Part shown: positions 1-14,486 of the stretch, in pieces
How the letters are laid out: the number at the start of each line of letters is the position of its first letter
Position numbering within the stretch: the first letter of the stretch is position 1
Assembly: GCA_964016885.1 (NCBI GenBank)
Contig: OZ024740.1
Coordinates: 218,860,001 to 218,924,000 of the forward strand
Direction: 5' to 3'
From: Eledone cirrhosa
Taxonomy: Eukaryota
DNA: 64,000 nt
Made by a program: the position numbers and the translations under genes
Notes under the pieces: generated by a model
The model's input: only the letters and a program-made list of their open reading frames with translations
The model's database searches: none
What the model was told of the DNA's origin: nothing

Positions 1-978
1 TATATTCCATGATAAAAATGTCAGGTTTTCAAGTCTCTGTCACTTAAACACATTTATTGGCTGTTGAAATCCCACATCTATTATATTTCCTGCATTAGGT
101 TGTTTCTACTGCCTATCAGCTCTGACCAAATTATACTTCATAGGAATAAAATGTTCTTGCACCTCAGTTTAAATTCTCTTTCTACTCATTTACTGCTTTT
201 GCTCACTAGGTGGTTAATACTTTCACGCTTTCTTTTTTCTTTTATTAAAACCTCTACATAAGCGGTTAATTATTATTTATTTATTATTATTATTTAAAAC
301 TCTATTACTTCTATACTAATTTGGACATTGTATGAAGTGTTTTGGTGATAATTTATTGATTCAACTCTTTCTATATTGACACTTTACTGTAAAGTAAAAA
401 GAGTGGATATTCTTCACTGTAGTAATAGAGAGAAGAAATTGGTTTAAAGTATAGTTAAAATACTCTTGATTTTGAAAGATTCGGGAGGATATTGTCCTCA
501 TCATTTTGATACCAAACTGCCCCTGATATTAAGCTGTATATTTTAAAGTATTTATATTTATCTAAAAAGATGATGTTGAAGGAGATGAAAGCCAGTAGAT
601 TGGAAAAGGAGTATGCAGATGATAAGGCAAAAATGGGGAAACTTGTCATGGGTTCACAAGGTTAACTCTTGCTTTATCAAAGAAAATCTCCTTGAACTGT
701 TTATGTTGCTATCTTTATCTAAAACTCTTCCATCATAATTTTATGCAATAACCATTAAGGTATGTTCCCATACCTGTTCCGTAATGAGAAAGTTTGTGTT
801 GGTATTGACTCCTTACAAAATGATTGAAAAGGTGGTATGAAACTCATTTAGTTTATTATTTGAAGGGTTGATTTTTTTTTAAATCTACAAATATATAAAA
901 CGTGAATTGAGGTGTGTATGAGTGCTAGCAAGGAAAACATGTTAAATGATTATGTATAGAAGGTGGAGAAGAAATATG

Positions 979-1025
<47 letters not shown>

Positions 1026-2393
1026 TCTTATTACATCATCTCTCCATCGAAGGTGAAGCATTCATTTTGCTTTTTCTAATGGCTAGAATATGTGATTTGC
1101 TACACCTGCATACTTGTAAATTTCTCTGCTAACTGGAGCAATTGTGCCAACCCATTGTTGAATTAATAGTTGATCATCTACAAAGCCACTGGTGTTTATA
1201 CCACCAAGGTCATCTAATTAAACTGATGATGTCACATGAACTACTGCTTATTATGAGACAAGCAGGATTTTTATCGAGGCTTATTCCTTTAAATCCAATC
1301 TGTTCTGCTAGACTATCCTATGATAGCCATATCAGATGCACCTCGTGTAGGATATATGACTTTTCACCATACAGGTCAATCTTCAAACTGAGAGAGGCAA
1401 GGTGCTCAGCATGGATAAACATATCTTGTGCGTCATCAGTTGAATAGACACTGGGACACACGGGGATGCCACAAATTACCTCCAGTACCAACCAGTGAAA
1501 TCTGCTACAGTTGTGCATACTTTTAAATTAACGTATACATATTTACACACCACACAATATATAGATATGTACACATTATTGGATGGTCATTGATTCCCAT
1601 GAGTTCCTCCGCCCTTTCTTAGGTTTTGTTTTTCATCCTGCAAAGTGTCCAAAATCAACCTGCTCACCAAGCCAACCGGGTAGGGTTGCTGGTTTAGTCA
1701 CCAACGACCCAATGATGTGACATGTTGTACTGGGTTATATGTTACCAGTAGTACTCAAGAGTGACCTGACTGTGTGTGTGTGTAATGTAAGGTGTGGATG
1801 GCAGTAATACACACACACACACACACATGTAGTACTGCTGCCCACACTAATCAAATCCAATGAATACCATACCACAACTGAATGTAAACTGGCAACACCA
1901 TAAGTATATATAATGCTGCTCACAGATATCTACATTCATTAGAGAATCCACAAGTCTGATGAGCTATCAATTCTAGAGTCTGGTGTGATCACTAACAATT
2001 GTACCTTGAGCTGATCGATTGTGAAAAGCATAATGATGCTATGTTGATACTTCGTTCCTGCTCCTTATTATTTATTATATGTATATACCCCCCCCCCCCC
2101 CCTCACACACACACGGTAGTGAATGTGTGCATGTATGTGTACATGTACACATTTACATATATGGTGATATGCCTTAGTAAATAACCCAGATAACTATAAT
2201 ATATATATATATATGTGTGTGTGTGTTGACTTGAATATATGCATTTATATTTTTAGCTAATATTTATATTTGGCCTAGTTAGAAATATTGTCATTTCAAG
2301 CTAACATAGTTGCTATACTGTGGAGGATATTGTAAAAACATACAAGTTGACATTTCATTTTTTTTAAACACTTGAGAGATAACTTTAGCCAAA

Positions 2394-2425
<32 letters not shown>

Positions 2426-2426
2426 A

Positions 2427-2625
2427 GGCGGTGGATTGGCAGTATCAGTAGAGGGTCGGACGCCATGCTTTCCAGGATAGTTACGTCCCTTAACGATCTG
2501 AGTTCAAATCCCGCAGAGGTTGACTTTGCCTTTCATCCTTACGGGGTCGATAAAATAAAGTACCAGTAATGCACTGGGTAACTGCTGGCCTTGTGCTAAA
2601 AGTAGAAACAATTATTATTATTATT
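2427..2625 (+). mobile_element. tRNA-derived SINE family 1
   Basis: A box TGGCAGTATCAG, B box GAGTTCAAATCC, core TTTGCCTTTCATCCTTACGGGGTCGATAAAATAAAGTACCAG, (ATT)n tail. Confidence 0.88.
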
Positions 2626-3009
2626 AAAAATTTCATGACGTTCATATGATGATGATGGTAATTGCTTTGGTTCATCAAAATATTTCATTTCATTATTGAT
2701 TTCCAATTCTCACATATTTGCATCTCTTCAATTGTCACATGGAACAACCAGCACAATCATTTCTCTAAAATTGCTATCACTTAATCCAACTTAACAACAG
2801 CAATCATGAAGCAAAATTTACTACACTAGCTCATTCTTTCTAAAACAACTGCTTCAGAATATAACTTTTAATACAACTTATGATATTTAACCCTTATGAT
2901 TCCAAACAGCTTGAAACAACCATGAGTTCCATGATACAAAACTGTTTTAAAGTGTTTCTATTTACCAAAAGATTAACCCTTTTGTGACCATATGCTTTAT
3001 TTTAATTCA

Positions 3010-3225
3010 TTAACCCTTTAGCATTTACATTACTTTTTATATACTATTATAATTTTGTGGGAAAGGCTTTACTTCACATAATATCGAATCTATGAGATTT
3101 TGATATTATTTATTTTGAGAACAACACCTTAACATCAATATGAACAGCTGGTTACAGCTAGTTTGAACAGAAAGAGATGAGAGAATTCTGGATGGATATG
3201 GCCAGTTTAAATGCTAAAGGGTTAA
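3010..3225. mobile_element. piggyBac-type MITE family A
   Basis: TTAA-CCCTTTAGCATTTA...TAAATGCTAAAGGG-TTAA: perfect 14-bp TIR with TTAA target; homologous to 21601-21805 and 37301-37526 (opposite orientation). Confidence 0.85.
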
Positions 3226-4014
3226 TGAAGAATTTGGAGGGATTTATCAAAATCATGGATTTTGTTATTATAATGTTATTTATACCATGACTTAACAAAC
3301 AGTTTTTATATAAAATTATGTTAGAAGATTTTAATTTAAAAAGGAACTTTTTAAAATGGATGGTTTAGTTTCATAAAATCAGGAGTGTTTTTAGGCAGGC
3401 TGGCATCAAATATAAAAAAATTTATTTGACTAAAGCTCTTCTTATTCTTGATGATTTTTAAAAAGATTTCAAAACCATAGGCCATTTTTTAATAGAAATA
3501 TTGGTAACGAAAGGGATAAAGCAATTATTCTTGGTGCCAATAAGATCTGATTAAACATCATGTTCTACTTTAGAAAATACAAGTAAAGGGGGCAAATCTT
3601 TGTGTAGTTTGATGTGCATAGATTCATCCCTCACTTAAAAAAAGTAAGTATGGGTTGGCGAATGGCTGTAGAAATCAGCCTCGAAACAGACGTCTGTTGA
3701 TGATATTTCATTACAATTTTGTGGCACCATTGTCTGTTCTTATTGAAACCCCATTTGACATTACATCTTGAATCATCATTTAAGTGTTGTGTATATAAAG
3801 CTATAGATTAGTATGGATGAAGAATCATTTAATGTTTCCACCTACAGAGATTTTCATTAAGACATTGCAAGACTGCCATGCTATTTATGGAAGTCCTGAA
3901 TATATAGCTGTTAGTTTCTCAAATATGGCAGCTGTTGTCTATTACTGAAATTAATCATTTAACTGTTTTGAAACTGCCTTTGGTTCTATGCTACAAAATT
4001 GTTTGCTTTAAAGT

Positions 4015-7000
4015 TTGTTTGTTTGTTTTTGAAATGCGCATAATAAAATACATGGAACTCTTTTAACCATCTTTTGATCTTATATATTATAATATATATA
4101 TAATATATATATATATTATAATATATATATAATATATATATATATATAATATATATATAATATAATATATATATATATAATATATATATAATATATTTCA
4201 TTTCATTTCATTTGAGTTTGAGTCCATGCTCAGGCCAAGTCGAAGACTCCACCCTCAGAGTTTGGTGTGGTTGCCAGGTTGGATTCTCTGTTTAATTTTG
4301 ACATGTGTAGGAGCGAGTTTGAGTCAGTTTGTGCTCGTGTATATCCTGGGAGATGGGGTTCATCTCTAATGGTGCTTAAGTATCTATCCAGCTGCAATTT
4401 GAATGATTCCACACTGCATCCTGATAGATTTCTGACATGTACCGGAATGGAGTTGAATAGTTGTGCCCCTCGAACCAACAGACTTGACTCTCGCAGGGTT
4501 TTTGCTGCCTGGCCAGCCTTTTTGTTGATTGGTGGTAGTTGGCAGCATCTTCCGTGGCGCAGTGAGTGGTAGGTTTTGATACCAAAGTTTGGCACCTTTT
4601 GCTCTATCATTTTCCAAATGTATATAATTCGGTATCGCTCAAATCTTCTTTCTATTGAGTACATCTTCAAGGTTTTGAGTCTTTGCCAATAGTCCAGGTC
4701 CCTCGTTTCTGAGAAGTATGAGGTAAAATTTCTTTGGAGCGATTCCATCTTAGATAGTTGGCCCTTTGTTGTTGGTGACCACAACTGAGAACAGTAGTCA
4801 ATCCTCGGAAGTATCATACTGTTCCAGAGGGTTTTCATTGTTGAGGTATCTCTTGATTTGAAGGTGCGCAAGATCCACCCGCTGTACTTTCTTGCAGTAA
4901 GACAGACTGAGTCAAGGTGTTCTCTGAATTTTAGGCTGGTTCCCATGTGGATGCCTAAATCTTTCACACACTGTTTTTCCATTATGTGTTGTCCTGATGG
5001 GTTTCTGTAGTTTGTTGTATTTTTCAGATCTTGATCTGTTCCGTAGCGAATTAGTTCAAACTTCTTATCATTGAACAACATGTTGTTTGTTTCCTTCCAT
5101 TTGTATATGGTGGTCAGGTCCTTTTGTAAGGCCTCTGTATTCACCTCGTCTTTGATTTGTCTCATGACCCTGGTGTCATCAGCAAAGGATGAGACGTTGC
5201 TGGTTGTATCTTCATCTATGTCAGAGATGAGGATGAGAAACAGGATCGGGCCGAGTACTGTACCCTGAGGAACACTGCTGGTCCCAGGAATGGGTTCCAT
5301 TCACAGTGACTGTTTGAGTTCTATTTGTAAGGAACTCATGTATCCATGTACCAACTTTTCCTCCTACTCCTAGCTTTCGAAGTTTGTGTCCCAGGATGCC
5401 ATGATCTACCTTGTCAAATGCCTTGGCAAAGTCGAGGTAAATAACATCTGTGTCGTATCCATTCTCTAGATTTTCTAGGATTTGGTCATGGTGTGCCAGT
5501 AGTTGGGAAAGACATGATCTACCTAACCTGAATCCATGCTGGTTGCAATTCATCAGATTGTTGGATTCCAGGAACTCAACCAGTTTTCCACGAACTATTC
5601 TTTCGAAGACCTTGATAATGTGTGATGTCAGTGAGATTGGTCGGTAGTTCTTTGGTTTTGATTTGCTGTCCCCTTTATGTATTGGAGTTATGTGTGCTTC
5701 TTTATATGTATTTGGTATTTTGTCATTCTCTATAGATTCCTTCCATATCATGTAAAGGGGTTTCAACAATTGTACCTTGCAGTTTTTAAGTATCATGGCA
5801 TTGAAACCATCAGGCCCCGCAGCCGAGTGCATGGAGAGCTTGTCTATGGCTCTTTCTATGTCTTCTGGGTTGAAATCAATGTCGGATAGGGTAGGTTTAG
5901 TATGGTCGATATCCTTGAAGAATTCTCCTGGGTCATGGATCTTCATGGTTTTAGATGGCTCACTGAAGACACTTTCATACTGTTGACCCAACATTTCTGC
6001 CATTTCAATAGGGTTATTCACTACATCCCCATTTTGTCTCTGGAGAGGTCCTATTGTTGACTTGGTATTCGAGTATTTCTTTGCAAAACTGTAGAAACAT
6101 TTTAGATTTTTCTTGATGTTTTCTATGGCTCTCTTTTCTGCATTGTTACGTTCTTCATCATAGTGTTGTTTTAGATTGTCTTCTAATCTGTATATTTGGT
6201 CAAGGACTTTCTGTAGTTCATGTTTTGATGTCAGCTTAGATGTTTTGTTTCTTAGTCTTGACCTTTTGCGCATCAGGATCTTTCGCTCCCGTGGTACAGG
6301 TTTTTTTGTGGATTTGGTTTTCTTAAGAGGAATATTTTTTGCACATATTTCTTCGATCTTGTTTAAGAATTTCTTGTGTTTATCTGGCCCAGTAAGGTAG
6401 AGATCCCAGTCAATGATTTGTAACTGGTTGTTAATAGTTTCCCAATTTGCCTGGTGATAATCATACCTGCATAGCTTTGGCATGTCCTTTTGTTTAAGAG
6501 TTGTGGCATTGGGCTCATTACCAATGTGTAAATGCATTTCAATAATATTGTGGTCTGAAAGGATTGTTGGGGTTGAGTGAAGGTCAAATAGCGTGTCCTC
6601 GTTGTTGGTGAAAACCAAGTCGATCGTATTATTATTTCTAGTTGCTTCTGTCATCATTTGTTTGAGGTATAATTTCTCTGTGACTTCCAACAGTTTGGCT
6701 GCCTGTATTTGTTCAGCTTTTGTCCCCAGTTTTAGTATGTGTCCATGTGGCCAGATGATGTTAGGGAAGTTGAAGTCACCAAGGAGGATAATGTCTGGCA
6801 TTGGACTCGCCATGTTTCCCAGAATTTGTTGGAGCTTTGTCAGTGGCTCAGTGAAGGATAATGTTGGGCTGTTTGGCAGTCTGTACATTATTGTTACAAC
6901 TGTATTAAGTTGGATGATTTTTATGCACAGCAGGTTGCAGTAGGCATTTGATTCATTGACAAGTTCTATGCATGCATAGGTATCATGGATATACATGATA

Positions 7001-8375
7001 ATGCCCCCATGGGGTCTGCCTTGTCTATCACATCTGAAGATGTTGAATCCATTGATTGAGATTTCGCTGTTGCGGATGTTTTCGTTGAGATGACTTTCAG
7101 TAATTCCAATTATTTTGGAGTTGTTTTCTGTTGCTAATTCTTCCAAGAAAGGGACTTTACACTGTTTTGTTTTCGGATAAAGACCCTGGATATTTGCTGT
7201 TATTATGCTTGTTGTACCGGATACATCTGCCTTATTGTTGGCAAGACTGTTGTAGTTGCTGGGACTGTGCTGACTGGATATTCGGTCTGCTGGGCTGTCT
7301 ATATTTGTTGTATGTTGTATGTGCCCTGTAAGTCCAGGTGTCAGCCTTTGTATCAATGTTGCTGAGTCATCTGTATGGAGTACAGCTGTTGTTGTAGTTG
7401 GTAGATTATGCCTAAAAAACTGCTTTCATTCATTACTGTATCGAATTTCTGCGAGTTTGAGTTTGTTACAGCTGATGTGTGCAATTGAGTAGCATGATTT
7501 TCATTCACTGTTGAGCCATGACCTGGTTTCTGCATTTTTGGGAAATGGTTTTCATACCCTGCTGAGTTTGGTCCTGGTGGTGTGGGTTCAGTAGTTTTTA
7601 TGCGAATTGTACCCTTCCGGTGCATAAATTTGCAATTCTCGTCAAAACATTCTTTTTTTCTCAGCGAATTGCGACACATCTTTGGGTGAAAGAGTTCACA
7701 TTCTCGGCCATTTTGGCATCCTTTTTTTCGATCAGTACCGAAGTTGATATATGGTTTGCATGGTTTGGGGTGACTGTACGTGCACCCTTTACCTGAAAGA
7801 CCATGTTTGCACTTGTTGCTCCTGTAATGGATACATACTGGCCTTTCTTCATTTGAGCGTTTGCTCTGAATCTGTTTCTTTCGTGGGAAGTTTGGTCTTT
7901 TTCTGCAGGATCTCCTGTTTCTTGTTTTGTAGGTGTTTGCATGTCATTGTCTTCATTCTTGTCATTTACAAGAGGCACTTGGATGGCCTGTGTGTGGCAG
8001 GATTTATTTGCCATGTCAGTTTCGCCAATCAATGTCTGTTTAGAACGGCCTGTCTGTGGTAGGGTCCTAGGTTCATTCGTTATTGTGGCCCTTGGTGAAC
8101 AATAACCGCATAGCCAGTGTAGGCCTAGAATATCTGGAATGGTGTGGTTATTTATCTTTTTTAAGTAGCACGCTTCGTGTATTCCTTGTCCACAGATGAA
8201 GCATGCCAAAGCTGGTTTTTGGCCAAATGTAATGCAGTACTGTTTGTCACACATTTTGCAAGTCTCCGGGAGGAAGTTTTCAATCCTTGTTATAATCCAG
8301 TTGGTGAGGTTTGATTTTGTGAGCTCAACTTGAACACCATCATTCAAGAAAGCTGCTGCTTTCTTTAACATCGTG
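4015..8375 (-). mobile_element. 5'-truncated CR1/L2-group non-LTR retrotransposon (ORF1: PHD + three CCCH fingers; ORF2: AP endonuclease + RT), frameshifted
   Basis: ORF2 EN motifs (ANIQGL, ITESHL, LGDFN, IDLVF, SDH) and RT motifs (YRPISLTS, QHGFR, YLDFAKAFDKVDH, PQGTVLGP, FADD); frameshift near 5285. ORF1 Cys/His fingers at ~7615-7840 and ~8100-8260. Short repeats (ATGAA)n and (CAAA)n at the 3' end. Confidence 0.93.
4230..7356 (-). pseudogene. LINE ORF2 (EN-RT) split by one frameshift at ~5280-5300
   Basis: ORF 5221..7356 reads ...VTVNGTHS then leaves frame; ORF 4230..5300 resumes TSSVPQGTVLGP...FADD. Confidence 0.9.
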
Positions 8376-9132
8376 TTCATATTTAAATTAAAACCTATTG
8401 TAATTTTATGTAAGAACCTTTTGTTAAATAATGTACCAAATATCAGCTTCATGAAAAAGTTGTTAATTTCCTTCACACATGTGTGATGTATTTGATTAGA
8501 AATATGGTAACAAAAGTGTTAAGAGTGGGTGCAGCATGGCCAAATGGTTGAGATGTTTGTTTGAAAATCAACAAATGTCTTCCCACAACCTCGGGTTGAC
8601 TAATGCTTTGTGAATGAAATAGGTTAGACAGAAACTTTGGAAGCTCTTCAGATGGACTCTACCTGTAATTCAAAGGGATAGCCTTAGTACATACTGTTTT
8701 GTGCTGAATCTCTCTGAGAATTATATTAAAGGAGTACATATTTGGAATATCCAGCGAACAACACAGTAATTTAATGAGTAGACTGTTCCATCTGACTGGC
8801 GCAGATGTTCATTTTCCTTTAAGGATTTCTTTATAAATTACCTGCCTATTATTTTTGAGCTGTCATTCAGTTGTACCTGTCATAACTCTCTCTCTCTCTG
8901 TTTTTACTGCTATTCTTTTGCTTATTTGCTCCAAATAAAATTATTTTGGGTTAATTCTATCTCATCCTTTTTTATATGATTATTCAATTTTTTGGTTATT
9001 AACCCTGTAATATTTTGGCAATCACTGTATAACAATTGATGTAAAGTATTACATCTACTCCCCCAAATTACTAACATGTAATGGTATAATAGCAGTTAAG
9101 AACTCTTTTTTAATTGCATTGGTACCCTGCAG

Positions 9133-9168
9133 GTGTCTACTTGTAGTGGATTTGGTACCACTAAAGAT
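9133..9168 (+). CDS. RXR: Weaker candidate 36-nt RXR micro-exon (VSTCSGFGTTKD)
   Basis: ggtaccctgcag|GTG TCT ACT TGT...AAA GAT|gtgatt; phase 0-0, open; donor non-optimal; peptide loosely resembles the 11965 micro-exon. Confidence 0.3.
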
Positions 9169-11569
9169 GTGATTCATACCAGTTAAAAGATCTTAATAAA
9201 TTATTGTAACAAGTTTTTAGTTTTTAACAATTTACCATTATATAATCAGGCTTTAAATGAGTGTGTATACTGTTGATCTTATTTGATGTCAGTTTGAGAT
9301 ATAAGTTCCCAAATCAGAGAACTATTGAATAGGTTTTAGAGTTTTTATTAAATAGCTTTTTAAAAATAAACCCTAAAACTTTCAAGAATGACATATGAAA
9401 GAGGGATTGCCCTCTTTCCACATTGCTGATAATTAAACTAAAATGTCAAAAGAACTCTTGTGAAAATGAGTTTGAATAATTTTAGTAACGTTTGATGAAT
9501 AAACTTAGTTACATCATCATTTTTACATTTGCCTTTCCATGTTTGCATTGCATCATAATCTATCCTTGGCTTGGATAGAGAATCCCTTTGGTGCCAGTAG
9601 AGGCAGTAGCTCCTTGACCTTTTTATGCATCTTATTCTAGCATACTTAGATGAGTCTCATCTGCCACATTCCTTCGTCATCTCTGTGAGGTTCAGTGTTT
9701 TTAGATCAGCTCTCATCACTTCTGTTGCTTGGTTTCTATTGGAATTGCTGGTTCTTCTCACAATCATCATCATCTATACATACACATTGTATGTCCATAC
9801 CAGCACAATCTTTCTTGCCCACTTCATCTGATTTCTCCTATTTCCAATTTTTTCTTAAACTCATCTGTACTTTGTCATTCTTACATACTGACAGCAGACC
9901 GTTACAACCTGTTCAACCCATGCAATATGGAAAACATGTTTACTCATGATAATCTAAGCTAGTTGATAAAAAACAGAACCAGAAACCAAACGGAAATTAA
10001 GCATGTGAATATAGTAAACACTTGACCTGGTGGTTAGGGTGTTATCTTATAGTCATTGGTTCAATTTTCTGACCGGGCTGCATATTGTATCCTTGAGCAT
10101 TGCTCCTATCTGAAACAGATAACCACTGACAGTAGCTGGTGGTTAACCTTGCAACAGACGGGTGTTTTGTGTGGGGTGTGAGTGGGGTCCTACTATCGGT
10201 CAGTTACTGCCAATGAAACTAGAATAAGCTCTGGCCCAATGTGCTTCTAGACTTAGGACAAGCTAACTAACTTAGTAACATTTGAAAATATTCTATATGG
10301 ATTAAACCCCACAAAACTATATTCCATTGATCTATTGAAACCAGTTGGAGATTTGTTATTAGGTATTATGTAGGCATGTTTTTGAGCTGTTTTGTTTAGA
10401 GAGCAAAGATAAGAGATGGTTGTTGTTGCTGTTATGAAAATGAGAGATTTGAATGATCAACTTTCAAACACTACTGTTGGCTGCCTTTGAAATTAAGTCG
10501 GTATCTTTTAAGGCTACCTCGATTTCTTTAACTCTTTTAATACCAACCTGCATGAGTCCACCCCTGAATCCATCACGCAAAACTGTCTATTTTAATGTAT
10601 TTTATCTAAAGTTATACCTACTCTCAAAATTATACATAAGAAATGTCTTAAGTTGCATTCTAAAAACAGTTTCATGATGGAAAAATCTTGATTATTTTCA
10701 AAATAAATTGAAACATATAGGCTTGATTGTGTGGTTAAGAAGTTTGCTTTGCTACCACATGGTTTTCGGATCCAGTTCCACTATGTATCACCAGGAGCAG
10801 GCATCTTCTACCACATCCTCTGTTTGACCAATGCCTTGTGAGTGAATTTGGTTGACAGAAAATGTTCAGAAGTCTGTTATATGTATATGCATGCGTCCCT
10901 GTCTATCTACACTGTTTAATAATCAGTGCTATATTTTTGTTTCCTGTGAGTTAGGAGCTCAACAAATAGAGATATGAAATAAGTACCAGTCTTAAAAATA
11001 TGATCAGCTAATAAGCCAGTGTCTAAGTACAGTTTCAGTCCAATGACTTAAGCTAATAGAAGAATATAGACATTTGATTTTGTTATGAATATGATCACAA
11101 AAGAGCTAACTCTTTCAATACTAAACTGCTCGGAACTGCATTGTAAAGCTGTTTATCAGATGAGAGAAAGTTAAATTATTGAATCACTTGGAAACTCTTG
11201 GTTATTTTCAAACTAGTTTGAAAAATATAGACAGTGTCTTTCATTACTGATATGGCAAAGAGAGGGTTAAACTAAGCTGGAATTGACATCTTGTAATTTA
11301 TATCAGATATTGTATGAAATATCAGGACTGGAAAGATACGAGATAATTTTCAGAGGTGTGTGGTATTTTACTCATGAAATAATGCACTATTTTACATTTT
11401 AATATATTTTTATATCACTGCAAGTAATTTAGCAAGTAACATAGATTTTATTTTTTTTATTTCCATTACTAAACTTGGTTTTTTAATTTTCTCCACCATA
11501 TCTCTTCTTTTTTCTGTCCTTTTTTTCCTTCCTCCTCTTTCATTTTTTCTTTCTTGCTACTTTTGAAAA

Positions 11570-12660
<1,091 letters not shown>

Positions 12661-14486
12661 ATATATATATATATATTGATTAACTCTTTAGTGTGCTGAT
12701 ATCCTAAAATATATTTTAAGCTTTTGACTGTTACCCTTTAACAAAACATAGTTGCTGTTGTTGTCTCTTATGTCCGAATCCCTTAAAATTTACTGAAGAA
12801 ACACTGTTTTGGTACTGTTGTGCTTCTTTAGCAAGTTATTCAATTTTGACTATGGTTTATATATAAGGTTACATATGGGGTGGGAGAAGCTATTGGAAAT
12901 ATTTTACTTTTGAAAGTTGACAAATCGATTGGAATAAATTTATTTACAATGCTGACTTCTTTTTATATATTTATATAATTTCTCTGGAATTCCTTCTTTC
13001 TCAATGTAAAATATTGCAAGATTTTATGTTGTAAATTCAGAATATTCTTTGTCAATCTACTTTTTATAAAGCAATAGAACTGTATATTTCAATACTTGTG
13101 GAAAATATATTACTTTTTAAAAAAAGGGGGGGGGGGGGGGACAAAATGTATGCTTCTTATTAGTATAAAGTGGTACTGTTGGGTTCTAGTAATATCTGAG
13201 TTTAAAAGGCCAACAATTTGCCTTTCATTTTCTGGGATTGATAAAATAAAGTATGTCAAATACATAGGTCGATTTAATGAACTTTCCACTCCCCTTAAAC
13301 TGCCAGCCTTTTACCTAAATTCAAAACCATTAGCATGTGGTATTCTTTGGTTCTAATAATATTGTGAGTTCAAAAGGTTAATACTTTGCTTTTCAGGGTT
13401 GATAAAATATAGTACCTGTTATGTATTGGGTCAATTTAATAAATTTCCCTCTGCTTCTGAACTGCTGGCTTTGTGCCTAAGTCAGCAAGATAATTGTTGA
13501 GTATAATTTAAACAAGTCAAGTTTGACATTCATTCTTTGGTGGGTGGATTAATAAAATAAATACTAATCAAGATCTGTTTAATTAACTATGAACTTATGT
13601 TAGCGATATTAATAATTATTATATCACTAACAAAAAAAAAAAGAAAATGAAGATAAAAACCGTCAGGTACATCACAAACTTCCTCTTAATTAAATATTTG
13701 GTGCATTCGTTTTCTGTTTATTAAAACAAAACTAATTAATGTTGATTAAGAAACAAATTAGTTTAGTTACCTTAGAAATTTATTTAATTACTATGTAAAA
13801 ACATGCTTCAGCCTCTAATTATGTATTGATGGTCTCCAAGTATATCCCACTGTGTGATGCCTTTGCTAAGTACCTTCTACTAATTGATCTGGGCCAACAG
13901 TCCATCACACACACTTGCATAAATACACACACACACGCAGCACATACACACGAATGTGCATGTAGTCTGTGGTTGATTATCTCCTTGTACAACATTCAAC
14001 ATAGCTGGAGATGGTATTTGTTTGTCCTGCATAAATTCCAGAGCTCAAGGGTTAGACATGCAAAGAAAAAAAAAAGTGATGGTTGGTATCAGGAAAGGTA
14101 TCTGGCCATTGAATTCTACCTCAAGAAGTCCTCGCCCAACCCATGACAACAGGGAAAAACACGAACAAAATTATGATTATGGCAAGGTGGAATGTAATGA
14201 AAATTTATTTACTAAATTTCTCCAAATTAGTTTTATTGTCATTTAATGTATAAAATAAATAAATCCAAACTGTAGAAACCAACATTGATAACCTCCCTTG
14301 GATTCCTCGTGTCATAAAACCAGATCTGTTGAAGGACAGACAACCACTACCAGATTTAAAGTTAAGTTAAACAAAATCAAATTGATGTAGTGAAGATCTT
14401 CAGTATTTTTCCTGTGAAAAAATCAAGTGGTTGTAATTGTATTTAGTGATTTTTTTTTTTTTTGTTTTTTTTTTGTTTTTTTTTGT

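Noticed and set aside
100-860. Faint traces of a decayed retroelement (possibly Penelope-like)
   Set aside because: No convincing motif run could be reconstructed by eye.
8376-8476. First ~33 aa of ORF 7661..8476 as LINE ORF1 start
   Set aside because: Derives from the flanking MITE half; the LINE is 5'-truncated near 8375.
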